Shown piece by piece: positions 51,209-61,342 of a DNA stretch of 64,000 nucleotides; the first letter of the stretch is position 1, and each line of letters opens with the position of its first letter. A model generated the notes under the pieces. That model was not told the DNA's origin and did no database searches. It saw only the letters and a program-made list of their open reading frames with translations. Origin of the DNA: Rubrivivax sp. (GTDB taxonomy: Bacteria > Pseudomonadota > Gammaproteobacteria > Burkholderiales > Burkholderiaceae_C); assembly GCA_027487905.1 (NCBI GenBank), contig JAIYCR010000088.1, forward strand, positions 7,054 through 71,053, given 5' to 3'. The position numbers were made by a program, and so were the translations under genes.

Positions 51209-52138
51209 ATGACCGACGCCGAATTCGACACCTGGCTGCGCACCGAATCCGCCTGCGTGGAGCAGGCCCTGCACACCTGGGTGCCGGCGGATGCCCCGGC
51301 GCGGCTGGGCGAGGCCATGCGCTACGGCGTGCTCGACGGCGGCAAGCGGGTGCGGCCCCTGCTGGTGCTGGCCGCTGCGCTGGCCGCTCGCCCGCTCGAT
51401 GCCTCGGCCCGCGAGGCGGCGCTGCGCGCGGCCAGCGCCGTGGAGCTGATCCACGCCTATTCGCTGGTGCACGACGACATGCCCTGCATGGACAACGACG
51501 TGCTGCGCCGCGGCAAGCCCACGGTGCACGTGCAGTTCGGCGAGGCCCAGGCCATGCTGGCCGGCGACGCGATGCAGGCGCTGGCCTTCGAGGTGCTGAC
51601 GCCGGACGGGTCGAGCCCGCGGGTCGTGCCCGGCGCGCAGCCCATGCACCCCGCGCTGCAGGCCCGGCTGTGCAGCCTGCTGGCCCGCTCGGCCGGCCAG
51701 GCCGGCATGGCCGGCGGCCAGGCCATCGACCTCGCGAGCGTCGGCCACCCGCTGGACGAGGCGGCCCTGCGCGACATGCACCGGCGCAAGACGGGGGCGC
51801 TGCTCAAGGCCAGCGTGCTGATGGGCGCTGCCTGCGGCGACATCTCTGCGCCGGCCCTGGACGGACTGGCCGCGTATGGCGAGGCCATCGGCCTGGCCTT
51901 CCAGGTGATCGACGACGTGCTGGACGTCACCCAGGCCTCGGACACGCTGGGCAAGACGGCGGGCAAGGATGTCGACCACAACAAGCCCACCTACGTGAGC
52001 GTGCTGGGGCTGGACCAGGCGGTGCGCCACGCCCGGCTGCTGCGGGACCGCGCCCAGGACGCACTGGCCGGGACGGGGCTCGCCCACACCGAGCGGCTGC
52101 GCCGCCTGGCCGACCGCATCGTCGACCGCGACAGCTGA
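51209..52138 (+). CDS. ispA: Farnesyl-diphosphate synthase
   Basis: It has the FARM motif LIHAYSLVHDDMPCMDND and the SARM motif FQVIDDVLD. Confidence 0.95.
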   Translation: MTDAEFDTWLRTESACVEQALHTWVPADAPARLGEAMRYGVLDGGKRVRPLLVLAAALAARPLDASAREAALRAASAVELIHAYSLVHDDMPCMDNDVLRRGKPTVHVQFGEAQAMLAGDAMQALAFEVLTPDGSSPRVVPGAQPMHPALQARLCSLLARSAGQAGMAGGQAIDLASVGHPLDEAALRDMHRRKTGALLKASVLMGAACGDISAPALDGLAAYGEAIGLAFQVIDDVLDVTQASDTLGKTAGKDVDHNKPTYVSVLGLDQAVRHARLLRDRAQDALAGTGLAHTERLRRLADRIVDRDS

Positions 52139-52213
52139 AGCCGGCCCGCACCGATGGACGCCGCCCCCACCCACCGCACCGCGATGCACCCGATCGTTAC
52201 GAGGGAAGCCCCG

Positions 52214-54160
52214 ATGACCCTGCCGCCCCGCCTGCTGCCCCGCATCGACAGCCCATCCGACCTTCGCAAGCTGTCGCGCAACGAGCTGCCTGCACTGGCC
52301 GTCGAGCTGCGCGACCACGTTCTGCAAAGCGTTGCCCGCACCGGCGGCCACCTGTCGAGCAACCTGGGCACGGTGGAGCTCACCATCGCGCTGCACTATG
52401 TGTTCGACACGCCCAACGACCGTCTGGTGTGGGACGTGGGCCACCAGACCTACCCGCACAAGATCCTCACCGGCCGCCGCGACCGGATGGGCACGCTGCG
52501 CCAGCAGGGCGGCATCAGCGGCTTTCCGCGCCGCGACGAGAGCCCCTACGACACCTTCGGCACCGCGCACTCGTCCACCTCCATCTCGGCGGCGCTGGGC
52601 ATGGCGCTCGCGTCGCGCCTGAAGGGCGAGAACCGCCGCACCGTGGCCATCATCGGCGACGGCGCGATGAGCGCGGGCATGGCCTTCGAGGCGCTGAACA
52701 ACGGCGGCGTGCCGCATGCCGGGATCCCGGCGGACATGCTGGTGGTGCTCAACGACAACGACATGTCCATCAGCCCGCCTGTGGGGGCGCTGAACAAGTA
52801 CCTGGCGCGGCTGATGAGCGGGCGCTTCTACACCGCGGCGCGCGAGGGCGCCAAGAGCGTGCTGAAGAACGCGCCGCCCCTCTTCGAGCTGGCCCGCCGG
52901 CTGGAGGAGCATGCCAAGGGCATGGTCAACCCGGGCACCATCTTCGAGGAGTTCGGCTTCAACTACGTCGGCCCCATCGACGGCCACGACCTGGAGGCCC
53001 TGATCCCCACGCTGCAGAACCTGCGCGAGGCCCGCGGCCCGCAGTTCCTGCACGTGGTGACCAAGAAGGGCTTCGGCTACCAGCGTGCCGAGGCCGACCC
53101 GATCAACTACCACGGCCCCGGCAAGTTCGACCCGGCCGTGGGCATCGTCAAGCCCGCCACGCCACCCAAGACCACCTTCACCCAGGTCTTCGGCCAGTGG
53201 CTGTGCGACATGGCCGCCGCCGACGAGCGCCTGGTGGCCATCACGCCGGCCATGCGCGAGGGCTCGGGCCTGGTGGAGTTCGAGCGGCGCTTCCCGGCCC
53301 GTTACCACGACGTGGGCATCGCCGAGCAGCACGCCGTCACCTTCGCCGCCGGCCTGGCCTGCGAGGGCCTCAAGCCGGTGGTGGCCATCTACAGCACCTT
53401 CCTGCAGCGCGGCTACGACCAGCTGATCCACGACGTGGCCATCCAGAACCTGCCGGTGGTCTTCGCGATGGACCGCGCCGGCCTGGTCGGTGCGGACGGC
53501 GCCACCCACGCGGGCGCCTACGACATCGCCTTCCTGCGCTGCGTGCCCAACATGGCCGTGCTCGCGCCGGCCGACGAGCGCGAATGCCGGCAGGCCCTGA
53601 CCACCGCCTTCCACCGCGACCACCCCACTGCCGTGCGCTACCCGCGCGGCGCCGGTGCCGGCGTGGCCATCGAGCCCCAGCTGGATGTGCTGCCCTGGGG
53701 CAAGGGCGAGATCCGCCGCACCGCGGAAAGGCCGGCAGCACGCGGCTCGGGCGGCGCGCAGCGGGTGGCCATCCTCGCCTTCGGCACCCTGCTGTATCCG
53801 TCCCTGGTTGCCGCTCAGGCGCTCGACGCCACGGTGGCCAACATGCGCTTCGTCAAGCCGCTGGACACCGAGCTGGTGCTCGAGCTGGCCCGCACCCATG
53901 ACGCGCTGGTCACCGTCGAGGAAGGCTGCACCATGGGCGGCGCCGGATCGGCCGTGCTCGAAGCGCTGGCGGCCGCGGGCGTGAGCCTGCCGGTGCTCAA
54001 CCTGGGCTTGCCCGATGCCTTCATCGAGCACGGCGACCCGGCCCGGCTGCTGGCCGACATCGGCCTCGACGCCGCAGGCATCGAGCGCTCCATCCTGCAG
54101 CGCTTCGGCCCCAAGCCGGCCCTGGTGAGCCCGCCGCTGCGCGCGGCGGCCGGGGCCTGA
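52214..54160 (+). CDS. dxs: 1-deoxy-D-xylulose-5-phosphate synthase
   Basis: [14 protein letters not shown]...[57 protein letters not shown] before the ATG at 52214. Confidence 0.95.
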   Translation: MTLPPRLLPRIDSPSDLRKLSRNELPALAVELRDHVLQSVARTGGHLSSNLGTVELTIALHYVFDTPNDRLVWDVGHQTYPHKILTGRRDRMGTLRQQGGISGFPRRDESPYDTFGTAHSSTSISAALGMALASRLKGENRRTVAIIGDGAMSAGMAFEALNNGGVPHAGIPADMLVVLNDNDMSISPPVGALNKYLARLMSGRFYTAAREGAKSVLKNAPPLFELARRLEEHAKGMVNPGTIFEEFGFNYVGPIDGHDLEALIPTLQNLREARGPQFLHVVTKKGFGYQRAEADPINYHGPGKFDPAVGIVKPATPPKTTFTQVFGQWLCDMAAADERLVAITPAMREGSGLVEFERRFPARYHDVGIAEQHAVTFAAGLACEGLKPVVAIYSTFLQRGYDQLIHDVAIQNLPVVFAMDRAGLVGADGATHAGAYDIAFLRCVPNMAVLAPADERECRQALTTAFHRDHPTAVRYPRGAGAGVAIEPQLDVLPWGKGEIRRTAERPAARGSGGAQRVAILAFGTLLYPSLVAAQALDATVANMRFVKPLDTELVLELARTHDALVTVEEGCTMGGAGSAVLEALAAAGVSLPVLNLGLPDAFIEHGDPARLLADIGLDAAGIERSILQRFGPKPALVSPPLRAAAGA

Positions 54161-55038
54161 TGCCCGTGAATTCACCGAAAGCCCCCCACGCGCTGCAGGA
54201 CGCCCTGCTGCACATCCCCGACACCCAGGGTTCGCGCGACCACCGGCAGCTGGCCATTGCCCGCGTGGGCATCAAGGACCTGAGCCACCCGCTGCAGCTG
54301 CGCATCGGCCGCGTCGGTCACCCGCAGGCGGGCGATGTGGCCCACACGGTGGCCCGGTGGGCGATGGACGTGGCCTTGCCCGCCGACCGCAAGGGCACCC
54401 ACATGTCGCGCTTCATCGCGTGGCTGCAGGCGCTTCAGGCGCCACTGGACGCCGCCGAACTGCGCCTGCGCATGGCCGACATGCTCGAACGGCTGGAGGC
54501 CCGCGAAGGCCGCGTCGAAGCCCGCTTTCCCTTCTTCCTGCGCAAGCGCGCGCCCGTGTCGGCGCTGGAAAGCCTGCTCGAGTACGAAGGCGGCTTCATC
54601 GCCGAGGCGCGCCATGCGCCCGCAACGTCCGACGCGGTGAAGGCCTCGACCACCGCGCCCATCCGCATCTGGGCCCGCGTGGTGGTGCCGGTCAAGACGC
54701 TGTGCCCGTGCTCGAAGGAAATCTCCGACTACGGCGCGCACAACCAGCGCAGCCACGTGACGATGCAGCTCGAGCTGCTCGAGCCGCTGGACTGGACCGA
54801 GATCGTCCGCTTCGCCGAAGACCAGGCCTCCAGCGAGCTGTGGCCGCTGCTCAAGCGCTCCGACGAGAAGTGGGTGACCGAGCGGGCCTTCGAGAACCCC
54901 AAGTTCGTGGAGGACCTGGTGCGCGACGTCGCGCTGGGGCTGAACGCCGACACCCGCATCGGCGCCTATCAGCTCGAGGTGGAGAACTTCGAGTCCATCC
55001 ACGCCCACAACGCCTACGCCCGGATCGTCCGCGACTGA
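54160..55038 (+). CDS. folE2: GTP cyclohydrolase IB (FolE2)
   Basis: LPADRKGTHMSRF...TLCPCSKEISDYGAHNQRS...ENFESIHAHNAYA are FolE2 signatures. The start shares 1 nt with the dxs stop (TGATG). Confidence 0.9.
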   Translation: MPVNSPKAPHALQDALLHIPDTQGSRDHRQLAIARVGIKDLSHPLQLRIGRVGHPQAGDVAHTVARWAMDVALPADRKGTHMSRFIAWLQALQAPLDAAELRLRMADMLERLEAREGRVEARFPFFLRKRAPVSALESLLEYEGGFIAEARHAPATSDAVKASTTAPIRIWARVVVPVKTLCPCSKEISDYGAHNQRSHVTMQLELLEPLDWTEIVRFAEDQASSELWPLLKRSDEKWVTERAFENPKFVEDLVRDVALGLNADTRIGAYQLEVENFESIHAHNAYARIVRD

Positions 55039-55111
55039 TTCCGCCGGCGAGCGGCGCCCCCGTGCACGCCGTTTGCCCCGTCAGGGCTCCCCCCTATCCG
55101 AGGAGCCCCGA

Positions 55112-55768
55112 ATGAGCCGTCCCGCGCCAATCCCCTTCGCCCGCCGCACGCTGGCGGCCACCGCCTGCACCCTGGGCCTGCTGAGCCTGGGCCTGAACGC
55201 CCACGCCCAGACCGCCACCGCCGGCAGCGCCTCGGCCACCGGCACCGGCGCCACCACGTCCACCACCCCCACCACAGCACCGGGCGCAGGCACCGCCGCG
55301 CGCAGCGGCACCGCTGGCGCGACGCTGGAACGCGCGGACCGCAGCTTCATCGAGCGCGCCGCGATGGCCGGCATGGCCGAGGTGCACCTGGGCCAGATCG
55401 CCCAGCAGAGGGCCACCCACCCGCAGGTGAAGGAATACGCCGCGCGCATGGTGGACGACCACGGCAAGGCCAATGCCGAGCTGATGCAGATCGCGTCGGC
55501 CAAGGGGCTGACGCTTCCCACCGAGATGGACCGGGGTCACCGCAAGGACAGCGAGAAGATGGGCGAGCGCACCGGCGCGAAGTTCGACCGCGAATACATG
55601 GAACACATGGTCAAGGACCACAAGAAGACGGTGTCGGACTTCGAGAAGGCCAGCAAGTCGGCCAAGGACCCGCAGGTCCGGGCCTTCGCGGCCAAGCAGC
55701 TGCCCGTCCTGCAGGAGCACCTGAAGATGGCGCAGACCACGCACGACGCCTTGAAGGACGCGCGCTGA
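55112..55768 (+). CDS. DUF4142-domain secreted protein
   Basis: It has a signal peptide and a Thr/Ala/Gly linker. The body contains FIERAAMAGMAEVHLGQIAQQRA...YAARMVDDHGKANAEL...MVKDHKKTVSDF. Confidence 0.8.
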   Translation: MSRPAPIPFARRTLAATACTLGLLSLGLNAHAQTATAGSASATGTGATTSTTPTTAPGAGTAARSGTAGATLERADRSFIERAAMAGMAEVHLGQIAQQRATHPQVKEYAARMVDDHGKANAELMQIASAKGLTLPTEMDRGHRKDSEKMGERTGAKFDREYMEHMVKDHKKTVSDFEKASKSAKDPQVRAFAAKQLPVLQEHLKMAQTTHDALKDAR

Positions 55769-55832
55769 AGCCCCGGGGCTGAACGAGGGGCGGCACTGCC
55801 CGGTTCGGGGCGTCACCCGCGGTGCGTCGCCG

Positions 55833-58643
55833 TCAGTGCGCCTCGTCCCAGTTGCGCCCGACGCCCACCTCGGCCAGCAAGGGCACCTTCAGCGCGGCCA
55901 CGCCGGCCATCACCGCCGGCACCGCCTGGCGCGCCCAGTCGAGTTCGTCTTCGGGCACCTCGAGCACCAGTTCGTCGTGCACCTGCATCACGATGCGGCT
56001 CGCGCGACCCTCGGCGTCCAGGCGCTGCTGGACGGCGATCATGGCCAGCTTGATGAGGTCGGCCGCGGTGCCTTGCATGGGCGCGTTGATGGCCTGTCGC
56101 TCGGCGCCCGCGCGCCGCGGGCCGCTGCCGCCGTTGATGTCGGGCAGCCACAGCCGCCGGCCGAAGACGGTCTGCACATAGCCCTGCGCGTGCGCCTGGG
56201 CGCGGGTGTCGTCCATGTAGCGCTTCACGCCGGCAAAGCGCTGGAAGTAGCGGTCGATCCAGGCCGCAGCCGCGCTGCGCTCGATGTTCAGGTTGCTGGC
56301 CAGGCCGAAGGCGCTCATGCCGTAGATCAGGCCGAAGTTGATCACCTTCGCATAGCGGCGCTGTTCGCTGGACACCGCCTCCACCGGCACCCCGAAGACT
56401 TCGCTGGCGGTGGCGCGGTGCACGTCCAGGCCTTCGGCGAAGGCCTTGAGCAGGCCCGGGTCCTCGCTGATGTGGGCCATGATGCGCAGCTCGATCTGCG
56501 AATAGTCGGCACTCAGGATGAGGTGTCCGGGCGGGGCGATGAAGGCCTCGCGGATGCGCCGGCCCTCGGCGGTGCGGATGGGGATGTTCTGCAGGTTGGG
56601 GTCGTTGCTGGCCAGCCGGCCCGTCACTGCCACCGCCTGCGCGTAGGTGGTGTGCACCCGGCCGGTGGCCGGGTTGATCATCAGCGGCAGCTTGTCGGTG
56701 TAGGTGCCCTTGAGCTTGGCCAGGCTGCGGTGTTCCAGCAGCCGTGCAGGCAGCGGGAAATCGGCGGCGAGTTCCTGCAGCACCTCCTCGTCGGTGCTGG
56801 GCGCGCCGCTGGCGGTCTTCTTCTTCACCGGCAGGCCCAGCCTTCCGAAGAGGATCTCGCCGATCTGCTTGGGGCTTCCCAGGTTGAAGGGCTGGCCGGC
56901 CAGCGTGTGGGCCTCGGCTTCCAGTGCCATCAGCCGCTCGCCGAGCTCGTGGCTCTGGCGGGCAAGCACCTGCGGGTCGATGAGCACGCCCTGGCGCTCG
57001 ATGCGCGCCAGCACCGCGCTGGTGGGCATCTCGATGTGCTCGTAGACAAAGCGCAGGCCCGCGTCGGCGGCCACCTGCGGCCACAGCGTGCGGTGCACCT
57101 GCAGCGTCATCTCGCTGTCCTCGCCGCTGTATTCGGTGGCCCGTTCCAGGCTGACCTGCGAGAAGGCGATCTGCTGGGCGCCCTTGCCGCACACCTGCTC
57201 GTAGCTCAGGCCCTGGCGGTTCAGGTGCCGCAGCGCCAGGCTTTCCAGGCCGTGCGGCTTGTGTGCTTCGAGCACATAGCTCTGCAGCAGGGTGTCGTGC
57301 ACATAGCCGCGCACGGTGATGCCGGCATTGGCGAGCACGTGCGTGTCGTACTTGATGTTCTGGCCCACCTTGGGTGCGGCGGCGTCCTCCAGCCAGGGCC
57401 GCAGCGCCGCCAGGACCTGCGGCAGCGGCAGCTGGTCGGCCACGCCAGGGTAGTCGTGGCCGAGCGGCACGTAGGCCGCCTCGCCGGGCACCACCGCGAA
57501 GCTCAGGCCGATCAGGCGGGCGACCATGCCGTCCAGCGAATCGGTCTCGGTGTCCAGCGCGACGGGCTCGCCTCGGGCGGCGCAGGCGCGAAGCCGCTCG
57601 ATCCAGCCGTCCAGCGCTTCGCGGGTCAGCACCGTCTCGTAATGGCGGGGCAGGGCATCGGCCGGCGGCGGCACCACCGACGAGCCATCGGCTTGCGCAC
57701 CCGCGACGGGGCCGGGGCCGGCGGTGCTGCTGCCGACGCCCTCGGCCTGTCCGAGCGCGGATTCAAGCTCCCGCTTCCAGGTCTTGAATCCGTAGCGGTT
57801 GTAGAAATCGAGCAGCTGCGCCGGGTCGTGTCCGTTCAGGGCCAGCGCATCCAGCGACGGCCAGCCGGGCACATGGGCGCCCAGGTCGCAGTCGGTCACC
57901 ACGGTGACCAGGCGGCGGCCCTGCGGCAGCCAGTCGAGCGCGCGGCGCAGGTTCTCGCCGGCCACGCCCTTGATGGAGGCCGCCGCGGCCATCACGCCTT
58001 CGAGAGAACCGTGTTCGGCGATCCACTTCGCGGCGGTCTTCGGCCCCACCTTCTCCACGCCGGGGATGTTGTCCACCGTGTCGCCGGTCAGGGTGAGGAA
58101 ATCGACGATGCGCTCGGGCGGCACGCCGAACTTGGCCAGCACCGCGGGCGGGTCCAGGCGTTCGGCGCTCATGGTGTTGACCAGGCTCACCTGCTCGGTG
58201 ACCAGCTGCGCCAGGTCCTTGTCGCCGGTGGAGATGACCACCCGGTGGCCGGCCGCCTCGGCGCGGCGGGCCAGCGTTCCGATGACGTCGTCGGCCTCCA
58301 CGCCGGGAACCTCCAGCACCGGCCAGCCGAGCAGGCGCACCACCTCGTGGATGGGCTCGATCTGGGCGACCAGGTCCTCGGGCATGGGCGCGCGCTGGGC
58401 CTTGTAGTCGGCGTACCAGTCGTTGCGGAAGGTCGGGCCCTTGGCATCGAAGACGCAGGCGGCATGCTCGGCGGGAATCTGTTCGCGCAGGCGCTGCATC
58501 ATGGCCACCAGGCCGTGGATGGCACCGGTGGGCACGCCGCCCGGGCCGCGCAGGTCGGGCATCGCGTGGTAGGCACGGTAGAGGTAGCTCGAGCCGTCGA
58601 CGAGCAGGAGGGTGGGCCGGGGGGTTTGCGCTGCTTCGCTCAT
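55833..58643 (-). CDS. polA: DNA polymerase I
   Basis: LLLVDGSSYLYRAYHA marks the 5' nuclease domain. A 3'-5' exonuclease region and polymerase motifs (DYSQIELRIMAH, QVHDELV) are present. Internal Met at aa 276 of ORF 55833..59468. Confidence 0.97.
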   Translation of the reverse strand: MSEAAQTPRPTLLLVDGSSYLYRAYHAMPDLRGPGGVPTGAIHGLVAMMQRLREQIPAEHAACVFDAKGPTFRNDWYADYKAQRAPMPEDLVAQIEPIHEVVRLLGWPVLEVPGVEADDVIGTLARRAEAAGHRVVISTGDKDLAQLVTEQVSLVNTMSAERLDPPAVLAKFGVPPERIVDFLTLTGDTVDNIPGVEKVGPKTAAKWIAEHGSLEGVMAAAASIKGVAGENLRRALDWLPQGRRLVTVVTDCDLGAHVPGWPSLDALALNGHDPAQLLDFYNRYGFKTWKRELESALGQAEGVGSSTAGPGPVAGAQADGSSVVPPPADALPRHYETVLTREALDGWIERLRACAARGEPVALDTETDSLDGMVARLIGLSFAVVPGEAAYVPLGHDYPGVADQLPLPQVLAALRPWLEDAAAPKVGQNIKYDTHVLANAGITVRGYVHDTLLQSYVLEAHKPHGLESLALRHLNRQGLSYEQVCGKGAQQIAFSQVSLERATEYSGEDSEMTLQVHRTLWPQVAADAGLRFVYEHIEMPTSAVLARIERQGVLIDPQVLARQSHELGERLMALEAEAHTLAGQPFNLGSPKQIGEILFGRLGLPVKKKTASGAPSTDEEVLQELAADFPLPARLLEHRSLAKLKGTYTDKLPLMINPATGRVHTTYAQAVAVTGRLASNDPNLQNIPIRTAEGRRIREAFIAPPGHLILSADYSQIELRIMAHISEDPGLLKAFAEGLDVHRATASEVFGVPVEAVSSEQRRYAKVINFGLIYGMSAFGLASNLNIERSAAAAWIDRYFQRFAGVKRYMDDTRAQAHAQGYVQTVFGRRLWLPDINGGSGPRRAGAERQAINAPMQGTAADLIKLAMIAVQQRLDAEGRASRIVMQVHDELVLEVPEDELDWARQAVPAVMAGVAALKVPLLAEVGVGRNWDEAH

Positions 58644-58700
58644 GTCGCCATTGTGGCCGGGGCCCCTCGGGCCTCGCGGGCGTCTCCCTAGAATGACCGG

Positions 58701-59336
58701 ATGACACCCGTCGCACGGTCCGACCTGCATTCCGCCCCGCGCCGCGCCGCGCCCTCGGCGCTCGGGCCTGGCCGTCTGCGGCTCTGCGCAGCCGGCTTCG
58801 CCCTGGGCCTGTTGCTTCCGGGGGTGCTGCAGGCGCAGCCGGCGGATGCGAGCGCACCGCCGCGCCTGTCCGAGCTCGCGGTGCGCAGCGGCTACACCGT
58901 CATCGACACCGTGCCCGGGCCCGGGCGCTCGCCCGCTGCGGCACCCGCTGCCGCACCCGCTGGCGATCGGCCCATCGCCGCAGGCCGCGCGGCCGATGCA
59001 CTGTGCGTGCCCACACCCGCCAACGATCCGGCAGCCTCGGGTGGTGAGGCCTTGAGGCCGGCTGCGTCCGCCGGGTCGGCCGACCGCAGCGAAGCCCCGG
59101 CATCGCGTCGCGCCGACCGTGAACCCGACGTTCGCTGCAGCGTCTTCGACACCGAAGGCGGCCGCATCGAGGAACTGCGCGTGCGCGGACAGGTGCAACG
59201 GGTTCGGGTGCAGCCGCCCGGCACCGCGCGGGCCTACGAGATCCAGCTGCTCGACGCCGGCCGCGACAGCGGCGCGAAATCCGGCCCCGGTCGCGGCGGC
59301 GAGGGCCAGCGGGTGTGGCCGGTGCTCTCGTTCTGA
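58701..59336 (+). CDS. Secreted low-complexity protein with a DUF2782-like C-terminal region
   Basis: It has a signal-like segment (LCAAGFALGLLLPGVLQA). The C-terminal IEELRVRGQVQRVRVQPPGTARAYEI resembles DUF2782 as I recall it. The polA-thrB position fits. Confidence 0.5.
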   Translation: MTPVARSDLHSAPRRAAPSALGPGRLRLCAAGFALGLLLPGVLQAQPADASAPPRLSELAVRSGYTVIDTVPGPGRSPAAAPAAAPAGDRPIAAGRAADALCVPTPANDPAASGGEALRPAASAGSADRSEAPASRRADREPDVRCSVFDTEGGRIEELRVRGQVQRVRVQPPGTARAYEIQLLDAGRDSGAKSGPGRGGEGQRVWPVLSF

Positions 59337-59355
59337 GCGTCCGCGCGCCGCGTCC

Positions 59356-60330
59356 ATGGCCGTCTTCACCCCGGTGTCCGCCGACGCGGCGCAGCGCCTG
59401 GCCGATGCGCTCGGCCTGGGCCCGGTGCAGTCGCTCGTGGCCACCACCGGCGGCATCGAGAACACCAACTACTTCCTCACCACCGGATCCGGGCGCTGGG
59501 TGCTCACCCTCTTCGAGCGCCTGACGGCCGACGAACTGCCCTTCTACCTGGGCCTGATGCGGCACCTGGCCGATCGCGGCCTGCCGGTGCCGCGGCCGTG
59601 CACGGACCGCACCGGCGCCCTGCTGCACGAAGTGGCCGGCAAACCCGCCGCCATCGTCGAGCGGCTGCCAGGCGAACACTTCGACGCCCCCGACCTCGAC
59701 GAGATCGGCCAGCTCGGCGCCGTGCTGGCCCGGCTGCACCGGGCCGCCGCCGACCTGCCGCTGCAGCAGCCCACGCTGCGCGGGCTCGACTGGTGGCGCC
59801 GCACCGTGCCGGTGGTGCTGCCCCACCTGCCCGACGCCCAGGCCGCGCTGCTGCGCGACGAGATGGCCTTCATCGAGCATGCCGCCGCCCGCCCCGGCTG
59901 GGCGCAGCTGCCCCGCGGCCCCATCCACGCCGATCTCTTCCGCGACAACGTGCTCTTCGAGCCGGCACCCGGTGGCGGACATCGGCTCAGCGGCCTGCTC
60001 GACTTCTATTTCGCCGGCGTGGACAGCTGGCTCTTCGACATCGCGGTGTGCCTGAACGACTGGTGCATCGACGCCACCACCGGGCACCTGGACGAGCGCC
60101 AGGCCCTGGCACTGCTGGACGCCTACCGTGCCGTGCGCGAGCCCACGCCGCTGGAGTGGCGGCTGCTGCCCACGCTGCTGCGTGCGGCGGCGCTGCGCTT
60201 CTGGCTGTCCCGGCTCTGGGACTGGCACCTGCCGCGCCCGGCCGCCGTGCTCCGCCCCAAGGACCCAGCCCCTTTCGAGCGCATCCTGCGCAGCCGGCGC
60301 GATGCGCCGTGGCATCCGGAGAACCTGTGA
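59356..60330 (+). CDS. thrB: Homoserine kinase, APH/ChoK-fold (Pseudomonas-type ThrB)
   Basis: MAVFTPVS...GIENTNYFLTT...WVLTLFER...GPIHADLFRDNVLF...LLDFYFAG. Confidence 0.9.
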   Translation: MAVFTPVSADAAQRLADALGLGPVQSLVATTGGIENTNYFLTTGSGRWVLTLFERLTADELPFYLGLMRHLADRGLPVPRPCTDRTGALLHEVAGKPAAIVERLPGEHFDAPDLDEIGQLGAVLARLHRAAADLPLQQPTLRGLDWWRRTVPVVLPHLPDAQAALLRDEMAFIEHAAARPGWAQLPRGPIHADLFRDNVLFEPAPGGGHRLSGLLDFYFAGVDSWLFDIAVCLNDWCIDATTGHLDERQALALLDAYRAVREPTPLEWRLLPTLLRAAALRFWLSRLWDWHLPRPAAVLRPKDPAPFERILRSRRDAPWHPENL

Positions 60331-61247
60331 CCGACCCGAACCCGACCGGCCCCGATGCCGGTCCGCCTGCTTCCACCCCGACCGCCGCGGCTGCGCACCA
60401 GCGCCTGTCGCCGCCCAGCCCGCCGGACACCCGCACCCTGCCGCTCACGCTGCAGCGGGTGCCTGCCCGCCAGGGGCTGGGCTGGGTCAAGGAAGCCTTC
60501 CAGACCTTCGTGCGCCGCCCGCTGGCGATGGCGGGCCTGTTCGCGCTCTTCATGTTCAGCGCGCTGATGGTGATGCTGCTGCCGCTGGTGGGGCCGGTGC
60601 TGCTGCTGGGTTCGCTGCCGCTGGTGTCGCTGGCCTTCATGCTGGCCACGCAGACGGTGCTGGCCGGGCGCTTTCCCATGCCCGGCATCGCGGTGGCGCC
60701 GCTGCGCACCGACCGCCAGCGGCGGCTGGCCCTGCTGCAGCTGGGCTTCGCCTACGCGCTGGCCAGCTTCGTCATCATGGCGCTGAGCAACGCAGTGGAC
60801 GGCGGCCGCTTCGAGGCGCTGCAGGACGCCATGTCGCGGGGCGCCGAGGGCAGCCAGGCGGTCAGCGTGCTGCTCGACGACGGGCAGCTGGTGTTCGGCG
60901 TGGCGGTGCGGCTCGTGCTGGCGGGCCTGCTGGCCGTGCCCTTCTGGCACGCACCGGCGCTGGTGCACTGGAGCGGCCAGGGCATGGTGCAGGCGCTCTT
61001 CTCCAGCACGCTGGCGGTGTGGCGCAACCGCGGCGCCTTCCTGGTCTATGTGCTGGCCTGGGGCGGTGCGCTCGGGCTCTTCGCCTTCGCGGCCAACTTC
61101 ATCGGTCTCGTCTTCGGCGCACCGCAGCTGATGTCCATCGTGATGATGCCGGCCGCGCTGATGTTCTCCACCGTGTTCTACACCTCGCTGTACTTCACCT
61201 TCGTCGACTGCTTCGGCGAGCGCGCCCGCGAAGCCGCAGCGGCCTGA
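60327..61247 (+). CDS. BPSS1780-like polytopic membrane protein
   Basis: QGLGWVKEAFQTFVRRPLAMAGLFALFMF plus further TM segments. The proposed GTG start overlaps the thrB stop (GTGA at 60327-60330). The start is uncertain. Confidence 0.6.
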   Translation: MTDPNPTGPDAGPPASTPTAAAAHQRLSPPSPPDTRTLPLTLQRVPARQGLGWVKEAFQTFVRRPLAMAGLFALFMFSALMVMLLPLVGPVLLLGSLPLVSLAFMLATQTVLAGRFPMPGIAVAPLRTDRQRRLALLQLGFAYALASFVIMALSNAVDGGRFEALQDAMSRGAEGSQAVSVLLDDGQLVFGVAVRLVLAGLLAVPFWHAPALVHWSGQGMVQALFSSTLAVWRNRGAFLVYVLAWGGALGLFAFAANFIGLVFGAPQLMSIVMMPAALMFSTVFYTSLYFTFVDCFGERAREAAAA

Positions 61248-61268
61248 AGCGCAGCGCGGCCAGACGGG

Positions 61269-61303
61269 AAAAAGGCCGATGCTCCCAGCGGGAGCATCGG
61301 CCT
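61269..61303 (-). terminator. Rho-independent terminator of phoX (13-bp stem aggccgatgctcc/ggagcatcggcct, 5-nt loop, U-run on the minus strand)
   Basis: There is a perfect 13-bp inverted repeat at 61273-61285 and 61291-61303. The A-run at 61269-61273 gives a U-tract for the minus-strand transcript. It lies 40 nt after the phoX stop. Confidence 0.7.
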
Positions 61304-61342
61304 GCATCACCCGGCGCTGCGGGGTGAATGCCGCTGAGGCGA

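Noticed and set aside
58644-59468. N-terminal 275-aa extension of the polA ORF. Similar 5' extensions occur in ORFs 10720..14652, 19039..21282, 23860..25584, 28803..31130 and 61343..63886.
   Set aside because: The extensions are Arg/Gly/Cys-rich and overlap neighbouring genes or intergenic regions. The canonical family N-termini begin at internal Met or Val codons that have an RBS or a stop/start overlap.
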